Shown piece by piece: positions 1 to 9,329 of a DNA stretch of 64,000 nt. This stretch comes from Nitrospirota bacterium (GTDB lineage: Bacteria > Nitrospirota > UBA9217): NCBI GenBank assembly GCA_963840455.1, contig CAWIYV010000011.1, forward strand, positions 704,001-768,000, read 5' to 3'. The notes under the pieces are model-generated. The model saw nothing but the letters and a program-made list of their open reading frames with translations, was not told where the DNA came from and ran no database searches. The position numbers were made by a program, and so were the translations under genes. Position 1 is the first letter of the stretch, and every line of letters starts with the position of its first letter.

Positions 1-17
1 TGAGGGTGGCGCTGATC

Positions 18-506
18 TCAGTCTGCTTTTGCTTCCGGCTGCTCGGCCGTGCTTTCACTGCCCGCCTCCTCGAAGCTCACCATTTCCTGGTGCATCTGGA
101 GCATCTTCCGCATGTCCTGCAGGAAGTGGTGCTTCTGGCGCCGCAGCTCGATCAGCTCCGATTCCAGGCGGAGCCGCTCCTCCCGGGCGCGCTCGAGGGT
201 CTGCTGATACTTGATCTCGGCATCTTTCACCATGAGCTGCGCCTCCTTCCGGGCGTTCTCACGGATGTCCTCGGCCAGCTTGTGCGTCGTGATCATGGTG
301 CTCTTGAGTGTGTCCTCCCGGTCCCGGTAGTCCCGCATGCGCTCGTCATAGGTGTCGCGGAATTCGCGAAGCTCGGTCACCTCGCGTACGAGGCCCTCCA
401 TCTCTTCGCGCACCACGTCGAGGAACGCCTCGACCTCGGTGCGTTCGAAGCCGCGGAAGGCGATGTGGAACCGTTTCTGCTGGATATCGAGTGGTGTTAC
501 CTTCAT
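18..506 (-). CDS. divIVA: DivIVA domain-containing protein
   Basis: N-terminal MKVTPLDIQQKRF...RGF...EVEAFLD motif followed by coiled coil; downstream of yggT. Confidence 0.9.
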   Translation of the reverse strand: MKVTPLDIQQKRFHIAFRGFERTEVEAFLDVVREEMEGLVREVTELREFRDTYDERMRDYRDREDTLKSTMITTHKLAEDIRENARKEAQLMVKDAEIKYQQTLERAREERLRLESELIELRRQKHHFLQDMRKMLQMHQEMVSFEEAGSESTAEQPEAKAD

Positions 507-524
507 GGCACGTTCTCCCTTTCC

Positions 525-824
525 TCAGCGCATGGAATAGCCGATACGGACCAGCGTGTCGACAACGGCGATCTCCAGGAAATAGATGATCAGGACAGCA
601 ATGAGCGGCGAGAGATCGATCCCCAGCCGGTATGCCGGCACCAGCTTCCGGAGCGGCCTGAGTACCGGTTCGGTGATCCGCGTCAGGAACTGGACAATGG
701 GATTATAGGGGTCCGGGTTCACCCAGGACAGGAGCGCCCGGATGATGATGATCCACAGGTAGATATTGAGAGCAATGCCCAGGACCTTGGCGATGCCAAG
801 TATGACGTTTCCGAAAACGAACAT
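525..824 (-). CDS. yggT: YggT family membrane protein
   Basis: LLSWVNPDPYNP...TEPVLRPLRK...IDLSPL motif; ATG at 824 with GGAGG SD. Confidence 0.92.
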   Translation of the reverse strand: MFVFGNVILGIAKVLGIALNIYLWIIIIRALLSWVNPDPYNPIVQFLTRITEPVLRPLRKLVPAYRLGIDLSPLIAVLIIYFLEIAVVDTLVRIGYSMR

Positions 825-846
825 TGTTCCTCCCTTGATAGACCAC

Positions 847-1001
847 AAAGTAAGAAGAGGAAAGGAGAGTAAGCATTGGCAGAATTTCTTACCTTCTTAC
901 CTTCCTACCTTGATTTACTTTCTGCCTTCCCCGTGTTTCCCCGACTCCGCGTCTGTTTTCCCTTCCCCTTGTCTCCTTGTCTGTTTCACTGTCCCCTTGT
1001 C
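847..1001. repeat. Degenerate 8-bp tandem repeats (CTTACCTT, CCCCGTGT/CCCCTTGT types), partly palindromic
   Basis: aagtaagaag...agagtaag opposed to cttaccttcttaccttcctacctt; then ttccccgtgtttccccgactccgcgt and ccccttgtctccttgtc. Confidence 0.6.
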
Positions 1002-1006
1002 GGAAC

Positions 1007-1819
1007 TTACTTCCCCAGCTCCTTGCTCCTTGCTGTCGCCGCTTCCACCGCGTTTATAAGCGTCGCCCGCAGTTTGCCCTTCTCGAGCATATGCAGCCCT
1101 TCTATGGTCGTGCCGCCCGGCGAGGTCACCATGTCCCGCAGCTTTCCGGGGTGTTCATGGGTCTCGAGCACCATCTTTGCCGCGCCATAGACCGTCTGGG
1201 CCGAGAGCTCGAGTGCGAGCGGCCGGGGAAGGCCTGCCTTGACGCCGGCGTCCGTCAGCGCCTCAATGATCGTAAAGACGTATGCCGGCCCACTGCCCGA
1301 GAGGCCTGTCACCGCATCCATGAGCTTTTCTTCGACCACCACGGCCCGGCCGACAGCGCCGAAGATCTGCTGGGCAATCATCATGTCCGACGCTGTGGAG
1401 ATCGACCCGGCGGCAAGCGCAGCCGCGCCGGAAAGCACCAATGCAGGGGTGTTCGGCATCACCCGTATGACCCTGGGCTTCTTCGTCAGCATCGTCTCGA
1501 TCCGGGCGATGGTCACCCCCGCTGCGATCGAGATCACGAGCTTCTCCTTGTCCGCCACAGGCTCGATCTTGGACAGCACCACGTCGATGATCTGGGGCTT
1601 CACGCAGAGCAGGATGATATCGGCCTGTGCCGCGGCGTCCTTGTTGCTCCTCTGAACGACGATTCCATAGGTCTCGTTCAGATGCTCGAGCCGCTCGGTG
1701 GACACGTCGGACACAAGGATCCGGTCCGGCTTCGCGATCCCTGCAGCGAGCATCCCCTTGATGAGCGCCTCGGCCATATTCCCGCCGCCGAGGAAGGCGA
1801 TCTTTTGATCTAAGGCCAT
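1007..1819 (-). CDS. proC: Pyrroline-5-carboxylate reductase
   Basis: GGGNMAEA, RVMPNTP, GSGPAY and VTSPGGTT motifs; GGAGG SD before ATG 1819. Confidence 0.96.
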   Translation of the reverse strand: MALDQKIAFLGGGNMAEALIKGMLAAGIAKPDRILVSDVSTERLEHLNETYGIVVQRSNKDAAAQADIILLCVKPQIIDVVLSKIEPVADKEKLVISIAAGVTIARIETMLTKKPRVIRVMPNTPALVLSGAAALAAGSISTASDMMIAQQIFGAVGRAVVVEEKLMDAVTGLSGSGPAYVFTIIEALTDAGVKAGLPRPLALELSAQTVYGAAKMVLETHEHPGKLRDMVTSPGGTTIEGLHMLEKGKLRATLINAVEAATARSKELGK

Positions 1820-1876
1820 ACAACCTCCAAAGTCATCTGATACATGCGACTCGAATAAAGAACCATTAAATATCAT

Positions 1877-1980
1877 AACACGAATGTCACGAATGTACGA
1901 ATTTCACGAATAAGAGCTTTACAGCAACAGCTCCCTTTGTCATTCGTGCTATTCGATATCAATTCGTGTCATTCGTGATA
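1877..1980. repeat. Palindromic element of CACGAAT / ATTCGTG tandem units
   Basis: acacgaatgtcacgaatgtacgaatttcacgaat ... cattcgtgctattcgatatcaattcgtgtcattcgtgat. Confidence 0.8.
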
Positions 1981-2037
1981 ATGCTTTTCCTTTTCGTCAG
2001 ATACTCTGTCGCTGTATCTTAGTGGCGAAAAGCCCTG

Positions 2038-2721
2038 TTATCTTGCCCCGAATATCGCCGATCCCACGCGCACCAGCGTCGCACCTTCCTCGATCGCCAC
2101 CTCAAAGTCGCCGCTCATGCCCATGGACAGCTCGTTCATCGAAATGCCGTCGATCCCTTCCTTCCGGACGGCACTGGCCAGGTCCCGCAGCTTCCGGAAA
2201 TAGGGGCGTGAGTCCTCAGGATCATTCGAGAGCGGCGGCATGGTCATGAGGCCCAGGACCCTGATGTGCTTCAGCCCCGCCGCTTCCCTGACGAGCCGTA
2301 CCGTGTCCCCGATGCTCACGCCGGCCTTGGCCGCCTCTCCCGCGATGCTCACCTCGATGAGGACGTCCTGTACCTTCCCGTTCTTGGCGGCCTGCTTATC
2401 GATCTCCTTTGCGAGCTCAAGGTTGTCGACGGAATGGATGAGGTTGAAGAGTTTCACCGCGTACTTCGCCTTGTTCGTCTGAAGGTGGCCGATCAAGTGC
2501 CAGCTCGCAATCCTGCCGAGCGCATCGATCTTCTCCTTCGCTTCCTGCACGCGGTTCTCGCCGAGGACCAAAGCCCCGGCCGCGGTCGCCTCACGAATGC
2601 GGTCAAGGTCCACGGTCTTGGTAACGGTCACGAGCCGGATGGCTGATGGGTCCCTGCCTGCGCGCTTCGCCGCGGCAACGATCCTGTCTGTGACAGTCTT
2701 GAGATTTTCAGCAATAGACAT
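2038..2721 (-). CDS. yggS: PLP homeostasis protein, YggS family
   Basis: VTKT, GENRVQE, WHLIGHLQTNK, LSMGMSGD and VRVGSAIFG motifs. Confidence 0.96.
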   Translation of the reverse strand: MSIAENLKTVTDRIVAAAKRAGRDPSAIRLVTVTKTVDLDRIREATAAGALVLGENRVQEAKEKIDALGRIASWHLIGHLQTNKAKYAVKLFNLIHSVDNLELAKEIDKQAAKNGKVQDVLIEVSIAGEAAKAGVSIGDTVRLVREAAGLKHIRVLGLMTMPPLSNDPEDSRPYFRKLRDLASAVRKEGIDGISMNELSMGMSGDFEVAIEEGATLVRVGSAIFGAR

Positions 2722-2748
2722 GAAAATGTTACCTGCTTTTGTCCCGAC

Positions 2749-2963
2749 CCCGGGTAGTCCGGCTGCGACGACTGTGCGTTTAAGCTCCCTGAAAATAACT
2801 GCATGGAGCTTCGATCCCTATGGATTACGCATGCCCCGCCATGCATGGAGCAAGAACAGACCAGAAGGCAGCGCGTCCGACGGGGAAGCGCTGCCGAAGA
2901 CTCCGGCTCGTGACAGAAACGCGCAACAGCATTCTCCATGCTCAGCACAGCAGGGCTACCGGG
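2749..2963. ncRNA. Candidate structured non-coding RNA (unassigned)
   Basis: Ends pair (cccgggtagtccggctg with cagcagggctaccggg); nested stem tgtgcgttt/aaacgcgca; internal hairpins aagctcc/ggagctt and ggcagcgc/gcgctgcc. Confidence 0.3.
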
Positions 2964-2973
2964 CTGCCCAAGT

Positions 2974-3016
2974 AAAAAAACGCCGCAGCATATGTTGATC
3001 TGCGTTCAGCTGCGGT
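2974..3016 (-). terminator. Intrinsic terminator after pgeF
   Basis: CCGCAGC...GCTGCGG hairpin followed by a T7 tract on the minus strand. Confidence 0.6.
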
Positions 3017-3053
3017 TCAGAAACCTGTGACGTTATCTTCGGGTCCAGGCGGC

Positions 3054-3842
3054 TTACTGCTTCAGCATGATCACCGACAGCATCCTGCCCGTCCTGCCCT
3101 CTGCACGGAAGGAATAGAACAGCTCCTTCCTGCAGGACGTGCACATGCCGGCGGCGTGAATGTTCTTTTCCGCTAGGCCGACCTGCATTAATTCGATGTG
3201 GTTCGCCTTCACGAGATCAAGGCTCCACCGGTCCTTCCCCTGCGGCTCAGAAACTTCCCGCCAGAAAGAGAAGGCCGCTTGCACCGGCCCCATGACCGGC
3301 TCGTCCACCTCGTAGCACTCCGGCCCGATAGCAGGGCCGATGGCGGCGATCAGCCGGGACGGCTCGGAGCGGAACTCCTCGTGCATCCGATAGACCGCCT
3401 TCTGGACGATCTTCTTCACCGTGCTCCTCCATCCCGCGTGCACCGCGGCCACAGCCGGCCTCACCGGGTCGAAGAGCAGGATGGGCACGCAGTCGGCGGT
3501 CTCGACGCCAACGGCGATCCCCGGTACATCGGTCATCAAAGCGTCGGCATGGACGGACCGGGCCCCCCGGATGTTCAGCTCATCGATACGGATGATGTTC
3601 TCGCCATGCACCTGGTTCACCGTCGCCACGCGGTCGATATGGATCCCGAAGGCGTCGGCAACTGCGCTCCAGTCATCAGGCTGCCTGACGCCGTTGCTCT
3701 TGGCGCCCAGCCCGCCGTGCCGTGTGGTAAAGGCGTGGAGGAATCTCCCCGTCTTGTCCAGGGCCGGTACCGTTAGATACTCCATCTCGCTGACCGATCC
3801 GGCGATAGTGCTTCTCTTATGATGGGACCTTACCGTGTTCAT
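3054..3842 (-). CDS. pgeF: Peptidoglycan editing factor / purine nucleoside phosphorylase, PgeF (YfiH)
   Basis: FTTRHGG, QVHG, TADCVPILL, HAGWR, GPAIGPECYEV and FYSFR motifs. Confidence 0.95.
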   Translation of the reverse strand: MNTVRSHHKRSTIAGSVSEMEYLTVPALDKTGRFLHAFTTRHGGLGAKSNGVRQPDDWSAVADAFGIHIDRVATVNQVHGENIIRIDELNIRGARSVHADALMTDVPGIAVGVETADCVPILLFDPVRPAVAAVHAGWRSTVKKIVQKAVYRMHEEFRSEPSRLIAAIGPAIGPECYEVDEPVMGPVQAAFSFWREVSEPQGKDRWSLDLVKANHIELMQVGLAEKNIHAAGMCTSCRKELFYSFRAEGRTGRMLSVIMLKQ

Positions 3843-3857
3843 CGTTCGCTTCTTTCG

Positions 3858-3908
3858 TTGAAGATTCCCCGCAGCAAGCTGCGGGGAATGTGCTCACTCC
3901 TGGATTCA
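3858..3908 (+). mobile_element. MITE/REP-like element, short copy (TTGAA...CCCCGCAGCAAGCTGCGGGG...GGATTCA)
   Basis: Same palindromic core and GCTC(A/G)CTCCTGGATTCA tail as the copies at 28564 and 30828. Confidence 0.7.
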
Positions 3909-5633
3909 TGCGCAGACCCCGCAGGTCCTGCACGTTCCGACCTTACAGGGCGGCGTGAATCTGCCCTCCAGCGCCCGCGTATGCTCGTTCTTAAGATATT
4001 CTTTTCTCACCCCTATGTCAATGAAATCCCAGGGAAGGACCTCGTCGAAGGCCCGTTGCCGCGTTACGTAGAACGCCGTGTCGAACTTAAGCTCACGGCA
4101 TGCCGCCTTCCAGTCGCCTCCCCGCTCATGGACCGCCTTGAGAAGCCTGTTGACCCGACGATCGCCGCGCGACAAGAGCGCCTGGATGGACTCCCACTTG
4201 GGAAGGTCGTGGATGATGTTCATATTGCCGATCTTCTTCACGGCCTTTTCGAGATGGCGCTGTTTCCGGTTCAGGTCCGCCACCTCCTCCATGGGCTCCC
4301 ACTGGAACGGCGTGAATGGCTTGGGCACGAAGGAATTCACGGACAGCGTGATCCTGCCGATCCTGCCGGCGGGCCGCGCGTGCCTGAGCTGGACCTTGCG
4401 AACCTGTTCGGCGAGGACGATGATGGCGTCGATGTCCTCCTGCGTTTCCGTCGGCAGACCGATGATGAAATATAATTTGAGGTTGGGGATGCCCGCGCCG
4501 AAGACCATATCCGCAGCGCGCAGGATATCCGCCGCCGTTATACCCTTGTTGATCACCTTCCGGAGGCGTTCGGAGCCCGCCTCGGGCGCGATAGCAATGG
4601 TCTTGTGGCCGCTCTTCGCCAGTCGTTCGATGAGCGGCCGGCTGAGCGAATCGGCGCGCAGGGACGACACGGACAGACTTCCCTGTATCGATGAACAGAG
4701 GTCGTCGATCGCAGGATAATCGGACAGGGCCGACCCGACGAGGCCGATCTTTCCGCAACGTTCGTCAGCCTGTTTCGCCTGTGCCTGCCCTCCCTGGGCC
4801 GAAAGGTTCCGCGGCGGGAGGTAGATGTAGCCGGCCATGCAGAATCGGCAGTGCCGTCCGCATCCCCGCGTCACCTCGGCGAGATGCATGTCGCTGAACT
4901 CGGTGTCCGGCGTGAGGATGACCGTAGCTGCCGGCTTGCCGTCGATGTCCGCGACGCGCCGCTTCTTGATGATAGCCGGGGCCTCCGGCATGAGCGTCCG
5001 CCGCTCCCGGACCGTGCCATCATCGTTGTACGTGATCTCGTAGAATTCGGGGATATACGCGCCCGGTATCGAACAAAGGGCGCGAAGCAGCTCCTGCCGG
5101 CCGTGACCCCGGTTCGCCTTGTAGGCATCGAGAAACTCGCCGGCAACCTCCTCGCCTTCACCCACGATCACCACATCGAAGAGGTCCGCGAGCGGCTCCG
5201 GATTGAAGAACGTGCAGATGCCGCCAAGGACGAGGAGCGGATCTTCCCCGGTCCGCTCTGTTCTGTCCGGCGCGATGCCCGCAAGCCGCAGCATCTCGAG
5301 CACGTTCAGATAGTCCTGCTCGAAAGAGATGGAGAAGGCGAGGATATCGAAGTCCCGAACCGGCCGCCGGGTCTCAATCGAAAAGAGCCTCGTACCTGAC
5401 CGCTCGTACTCCGGAAGGTCCACTTCATCGGGCAGGAACACGCGCTCGCATGCCGTGTCACGACGCCGGTTCAGGACAGAATAGACCTGGTGCACGCCGA
5501 GGTTCGACATGCCCACATGGTAGGTGTTGGGATAGGCCAAGGCGATCTCGATATCGGCCCCCCGCGCCTTGAAGACGGTCCCCCTCTCCGCGGCGAGCAG
5601 TGCTTCGGCCTTTTCTTTGAGCCCTCTGGACAT
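3906..5633 (-). CDS. B12-binding-domain radical SAM protein (TIGR03960-like)
   Basis: YPNTYHVGMSNLG N-terminal motif, RGCGRHCRFC radical SAM motif, C-terminal CxxxxCxxCGVC. Confidence 0.88.
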   Translation of the reverse strand: MSRGLKEKAEALLAAERGTVFKARGADIEIALAYPNTYHVGMSNLGVHQVYSVLNRRRDTACERVFLPDEVDLPEYERSGTRLFSIETRRPVRDFDILAFSISFEQDYLNVLEMLRLAGIAPDRTERTGEDPLLVLGGICTFFNPEPLADLFDVVIVGEGEEVAGEFLDAYKANRGHGRQELLRALCSIPGAYIPEFYEITYNDDGTVRERRTLMPEAPAIIKKRRVADIDGKPAATVILTPDTEFSDMHLAEVTRGCGRHCRFCMAGYIYLPPRNLSAQGGQAQAKQADERCGKIGLVGSALSDYPAIDDLCSSIQGSLSVSSLRADSLSRPLIERLAKSGHKTIAIAPEAGSERLRKVINKGITAADILRAADMVFGAGIPNLKLYFIIGLPTETQEDIDAIIVLAEQVRKVQLRHARPAGRIGRITLSVNSFVPKPFTPFQWEPMEEVADLNRKQRHLEKAVKKIGNMNIIHDLPKWESIQALLSRGDRRVNRLLKAVHERGGDWKAACRELKFDTAFYVTRQRAFDEVLPWDFIDIGVRKEYLKNEHTRALEGRFTPPCKVGTCRTCGVCA

Positions 5634-5860
5634 GTGCAATTATACTATGCTTTCGCGTATGAGCGCAAAACAAAACCCGGCACGGGCCAAGTTGAGCATG
5701 TATTTCTATGAAATCATCTTCTGCGCGAGCGGGCAGCACGGGACTCCCACCCTACTTTTTCGATCGCCGTATCAGCGCCGAGAATGCTTGCAGCCCTTTT
5801 CAGAGACACAAAATTATTTTGGAGTATCCACGCGAGGATCGATCAGGATAAGACGTAAGG

Positions 5861-5889
5861 TTGACATTATCTTTTCCGTCTGATATCTT
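5861..5889 (+). promoter_or_regulatory. Sigma70 promoter for the FKBP gene
   Basis: TTGACA-17 bp-TATCTT with extended -10 TG. Confidence 0.6.
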
Positions 5890-5919
5890 CGACCCATCTC
5901 TTATCCAGGGGAGGATGTC

Positions 5920-6570
5920 ATGGAGCTGAAGGACCAGAAGCACAAGGTAAGCTACAGTATCGGGGTCGACATCGGACGAAGCCTGCAGAGGAACGGTACG
6001 GATGTCGATGTCAAAGTGCTCGCCCAGGGCATGAAGGACCTGCTGGCAGGTGGGCCCCTCCTTATGACCGATGAGGAGATCAAGGAGGTCTTCACGAAGG
6101 TCAAGGCCGAGAATGCGGCAAAGCAGTATGCGAAATACGAAGCGAAGGCCGAGACGAACAAGAAGGACGGAGCGGCATTTCTTGAACGCAACAGCAAGGA
6201 GGAGGGGGTCATCCTTTTGCCCAGCGGCCTGCAGTACCAGGTGCTGAAGGAGGGTTCAGGGCGGTCTCCCCGGCCGAGCGATACGGTCAGCGTCCACTAC
6301 CGCGGCATGCTCATCGACGGCAGGGAATTCGACAGCTCCTACCAGCGGGGCCAACCGACCTCATTCCCGGTCATGGGTGTCATCAAGGGGTGGACCGAGG
6401 CCCTGCAGCTGATGAAGGAGGGGGGCCAATGGAGGATCGCCGTTCCGCCGGACCTTGCGTACGGAGAGTCCGGCACGCCGGGGGGGCCCATCGGCCCGAA
6501 CCAGGTCCTGCTCTTCGAGCTCGAAATCCTTCAGATCGTCGACGCCGAGCAGGGATCGCCGAAGGCGTAG
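5920..6570 (+). CDS. FKBP-type peptidyl-prolyl isomerase (FklB/Mip-like)
   Basis: SYSIG N-domain; VHYRGMLIDGREFDSS, VIKGWTEALQLM and LAYG motifs. Confidence 0.95.
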   Translation: MELKDQKHKVSYSIGVDIGRSLQRNGTDVDVKVLAQGMKDLLAGGPLLMTDEEIKEVFTKVKAENAAKQYAKYEAKAETNKKDGAAFLERNSKEEGVILLPSGLQYQVLKEGSGRSPRPSDTVSVHYRGMLIDGREFDSSYQRGQPTSFPVMGVIKGWTEALQLMKEGGQWRIAVPPDLAYGESGTPGGPIGPNQVLLFELEILQIVDAEQGSPKA

Positions 6571-6796
6571 CTATGGGATGTGCAGGGCCGGACGCTCCGC
6601 TGCCATCGACGGAAGCAACCGTACGGGCAGGAACGGCCCGTTAAGACGCAGGGAAACAAATGGGCATTGAATCAAGAAATGCCCTTGATAATGTCTCCTT
6701 CAGATTTAAAGGCTAAAGAGACATCACGAGAGCTTCGTTTACTGCCCTGAATATCCTTGCTCTGCCCGGACCCCTTTTCGTATAATCACCCCAGCC

Positions 6797-7531
6797 ATGA
6801 CCGTACCGGATCCCCTCGACAATATCAGCATCGTGCTCGTCAACACCAAGGCGCCGGCCAACATCGGGTCCGTTGCCCGGTGCATGATGAACGCCGGGCT
6901 GTCCCGACTCATCCTCGTTCGGCCGCCCGGGGACATGCATGACGAGGCCATGAAGCTCGCTGCGGGGGCTGGGAAGGTCCTGCTCGAGGCAAAGCAGTTC
7001 AAGACGCTCAGGGAGGCCGTGGCTGACCATCAGCTCGTGATCGGCACCTCCCGGCACCTGACCCGCCATCGGAGGAATATCCACTCTCCGCGAGACGCTG
7101 CCGAATGGATCATCCCGCTGCTCGGAAGGAACCGCATCGCCCTGGTCTTTGGCAGGGAGGTGAACGGCCTCGAGAAAGAGGACCTGTCCCTCTGCCATGA
7201 GCTCATCGCCATCCCCTCGTCTGAAGCGTTCCCATCGCTCAATCTTTCCCACGCGGTCATGGTGATCGCCTACGAGCTGTTCCTCTTGGCCCGGGACGGC
7301 CTGCCCCGGGACGGGCGAACGCTTGCCTCCGCGGAAGAGGTCGAGCGCTTCTTCGGTCACCTGCAGACCGCGCTCCGGTATATCAGGTTCCTTGACGATG
7401 CGAACGCGGAGCATATGATGTTCTCGCTCCGCCAACTCTTCGGCAGGGCCCGCCTTGAGCCGCGTGATGTAAAGATCCTGCGCGGTATCCTCTCCGCCGT
7501 TGCCGGTACACCTAAGCGAAACGACGGCTAA
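6797..7531 (+). CDS. trmJ: tRNA C32/U32 2'-O-methyltransferase, TrmJ/LasT family
   Basis: NIGSVARCMMNAG, VFGREVNGL and SLNLSHAV SPOUT motifs. Confidence 0.88.
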   Translation: MTVPDPLDNISIVLVNTKAPANIGSVARCMMNAGLSRLILVRPPGDMHDEAMKLAAGAGKVLLEAKQFKTLREAVADHQLVIGTSRHLTRHRRNIHSPRDAAEWIIPLLGRNRIALVFGREVNGLEKEDLSLCHELIAIPSSEAFPSLNLSHAVMVIAYELFLLARDGLPRDGRTLASAEEVERFFGHLQTALRYIRFLDDANAEHMMFSLRQLFGRARLEPRDVKILRGILSAVAGTPKRNDG

Positions 7532-7642
7532 AGCTGCAACTGCATAACTTCTCCAGCCACAATCTTGGTTTGAATTCCTTGTTCCTCCTGTCTTAGAGCA
7601 GCGACCCTGCGCCATGGTCACTATCACAGCATTGAGACTCCC

Positions 7643-7659
7643 GTCTTAATCTTGAGACA
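7643..7659. promoter_or_regulatory. Palindromic putative enhancer (bEBP binding site)
   Basis: GTCTTAAtcTTGAGAC, with an extra TTGAGAC half-site at 7632; about 60 bp upstream of the -24/-12 element. Confidence 0.45.
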
Positions 7660-7710
7660 AAAACCACAAGCAGCAGGAACGCAACTTCCTGTATTCCGAA
7701 GGAATTGTGT

Positions 7711-7727
7711 TTGGCAATGTATTTGCT
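7711..7727 (+). promoter_or_regulatory. Sigma54 (-24/-12) promoter
   Basis: TTGGCAATGTATTTGCT has exact GG-N10-GC spacing and is oriented toward the two-CW genes. Confidence 0.7.
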
Positions 7728-7789
7728 AATTATGTGATCAAGCGCATCGTCCTTTACGCTGCATGACATGCTTGAGCGGGGTGATTACC

Positions 7790-8158
7790 ATGGTGATACT
7801 CGTTGACCAAAAGAAAGCAACGGCGATCAAGATCAACTGCTGGGAGTTCAAGAAGTGCGGCCGCCAACCAGGCGGGCACAAGGAAAAAGAACTGGGCACC
7901 TGTCCGGTGACGGTCCACGGGGACTTCGACGGCGCACACGAAGGGAAGAACGGGGGAAGGGCCTGCTGGGCGATCGCGGGCTCGCTCTGCGGCGGCAAGA
8001 TTCAGGGGACCTACGCGCAAAAGTTGCTCAATTGCTGGCGCTGCGAATTCATGAACCTCGTCAAGAAGGAAGAAGAGCCCACAGAGTTCGGTTTCTCGGC
8101 GACGCGGCTGGGCATTGAGAAGGTGCTCGAAAAGACCAAGTGGAAAGAGTTCCGTTAG
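7790..8158 (+). CDS. Stand-alone two-CW domain Cys-rich protein, copy 1
   Basis: NCWEFKKC...CPV...GRACWAIAGSLC...NCWRCEF; 7 Cys shared with the paralog; alternative start at 7763. Confidence 0.8.
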   Translation: MVILVDQKKATAIKINCWEFKKCGRQPGGHKEKELGTCPVTVHGDFDGAHEGKNGGRACWAIAGSLCGGKIQGTYAQKLLNCWRCEFMNLVKKEEEPTEFGFSATRLGIEKVLEKTKWKEFR

Positions 8159-8202
8159 GCCGAAGGGCCTGAATATCCTTATTCAAAGGGGAATCATCGA
8201 CG

Positions 8203-8559
8203 ATGGGAAAATTGAACTGTTGGGAACACAAGAAGTGCGGGCGTCAGCCCGGTGGGCACAAGGCCAATGAGCTCGGCATCTGCCCCGTGACCGTCCACCA
8301 GGACCTGCACGGTGCCCACGACGGAAAGAACGCGGGCAGGGCCTGCTGGGTCGTGGCCGGCTCGCTCTGCGGCGGTAAGATCCAGGGGACCTATGCGCAG
8401 AAGCTCACCAACTGCTGGCGCTGTGATTTCATGACCGCGGTGAAGAAGGAAGAAGAGCCCGCCGACTTCGGCTTCACGGCAACGCGGCTGGGATTGGAGC
8501 GGGTATTGGAAAAGAAAAAAGGCGGAAAGACCGCTGATCCGGTGAACTCGGACCACTAG
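8203..8559 (+). CDS. Stand-alone two-CW domain Cys-rich protein, copy 2
   Basis: Close paralog of the upstream gene (NCWEHKKC...CWVVAGSLC...NCWRCDF). Confidence 0.85.
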   Translation: MGKLNCWEHKKCGRQPGGHKANELGICPVTVHQDLHGAHDGKNAGRACWVVAGSLCGGKIQGTYAQKLTNCWRCDFMTAVKKEEEPADFGFTATRLGLERVLEKKKGGKTADPVNSDH

Positions 8560-8590
8560 GAGTATTGCCCGAACCGCACCCCTTCACGTT

Positions 8591-8637
8591 TCCCCTTCGC
8601 CAGACGGCCGAGAGGCTGTCACGAAGGGGATTTTTTA
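8591..8637 (+). terminator. Intrinsic terminator after the two-CW genes
   Basis: TCCCCTTCG...CGAAGGGGGA hairpin followed by TTTTTT. Confidence 0.6.
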
Positions 8638-8678
8638 TCCCCGCGACGCCCGCTGCCGCAAAACGTACAGCGACAATA

Positions 8679-8757
8679 GGACGCGGATCAGATCGGATAA
8701 GGAGGTGATTGATCTGCTTTGGAACTTATCCGCTTTTATCATGCTATCAAGCCGCTT
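8679..8757. repeat. GGACGCGGATC...GATAAG palindromic repeat family copy
   Basis: Left arm matches 28516-28545; opposed cttatccgc...atc arm. Confidence 0.55.
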
Positions 8758-8798
8758 CTTCTGTGTCTAGTGTTCTTTCTGGAATGAATGCAGCGACC

Positions 8799-9329
8799 TC
8801 AGCTCCCGGTCTGCGCCGTCCTGACAAGCCTGCCGATATCGAATCCTCTGCTCTGCAGTCGTTCCACGATGCCTGCATAGGCGGCTTCGTCCATGCGGGC
8901 CGTCCTGCTCAGCACCCACAAATAGGAGCGGTCGGGATTGCTCACCACCGCGTACTCGTACTGCGCTCCCAGCTCGATGATCCAGTAATCCCCGGAAAAG
9001 GGCCAGAAGAACGTGACCTTGAGCTTCGCGTTCGTCGATGCATCGGCTACCTTTGCCCTGCCTTTGATCGAGTCGGTCTTCCCGGCCCTGGTGCAGCGGT
9101 TCAGGACCTCGATCCCGCCGTCGGGCATGAGTGTGTAGGTGGCCGACGTGCCGGAACAGCCCTTCTGAAAACGGTTGGTATAGCTCGCGATCTCGTACCA
9201 GGTCCCGACATAGCGGGCGAGATCCACGGACGGAACAACGTCGGGCGGGGGAAGGGACGGCCCGCGCTTGATGGTGCATGCCGCGAGCATTGCGATCGAC
9301 AGGACCGCGAGAATGATAGCGATGCGCAT
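8799..9329 (-). CDS. blc: Outer-membrane lipoprotein lipocalin (Blc)
   Basis: Lipobox LAAC; VDLARYVGTWYEIA, VTFFWPFSGDYWI and LWVLSR motifs. Confidence 0.93.
   Translation of the reverse strand: MRIAIILAVLSIAMLAACTIKRGPSLPPPDVVPSVDLARYVGTWYEIASYTNRFQKGCSGTSATYTLMPDGGIEVLNRCTRAGKTDSIKGRAKVADASTNAKLKVTFFWPFSGDYWIIELGAQYEYAVVSNPDRSYLWVLSRTARMDEAAYAGIVERLQSRGFDIGRLVRTAQTGS

Noticed and set aside
1-58. Possible start of a DUF167/YggU gene overlapping the divIVA end (VKARPSSRKQKQTEISATL...)
   Set aside because: Fits the usual gene order, but only 19 codons are in the window, too few to support.
2749-2963. 6S RNA or tmRNA
   Set aside because: Multibranched rather than a rod with a central bubble; no tRNA-like ends or tag ORF; not in the usual 6S gene context.
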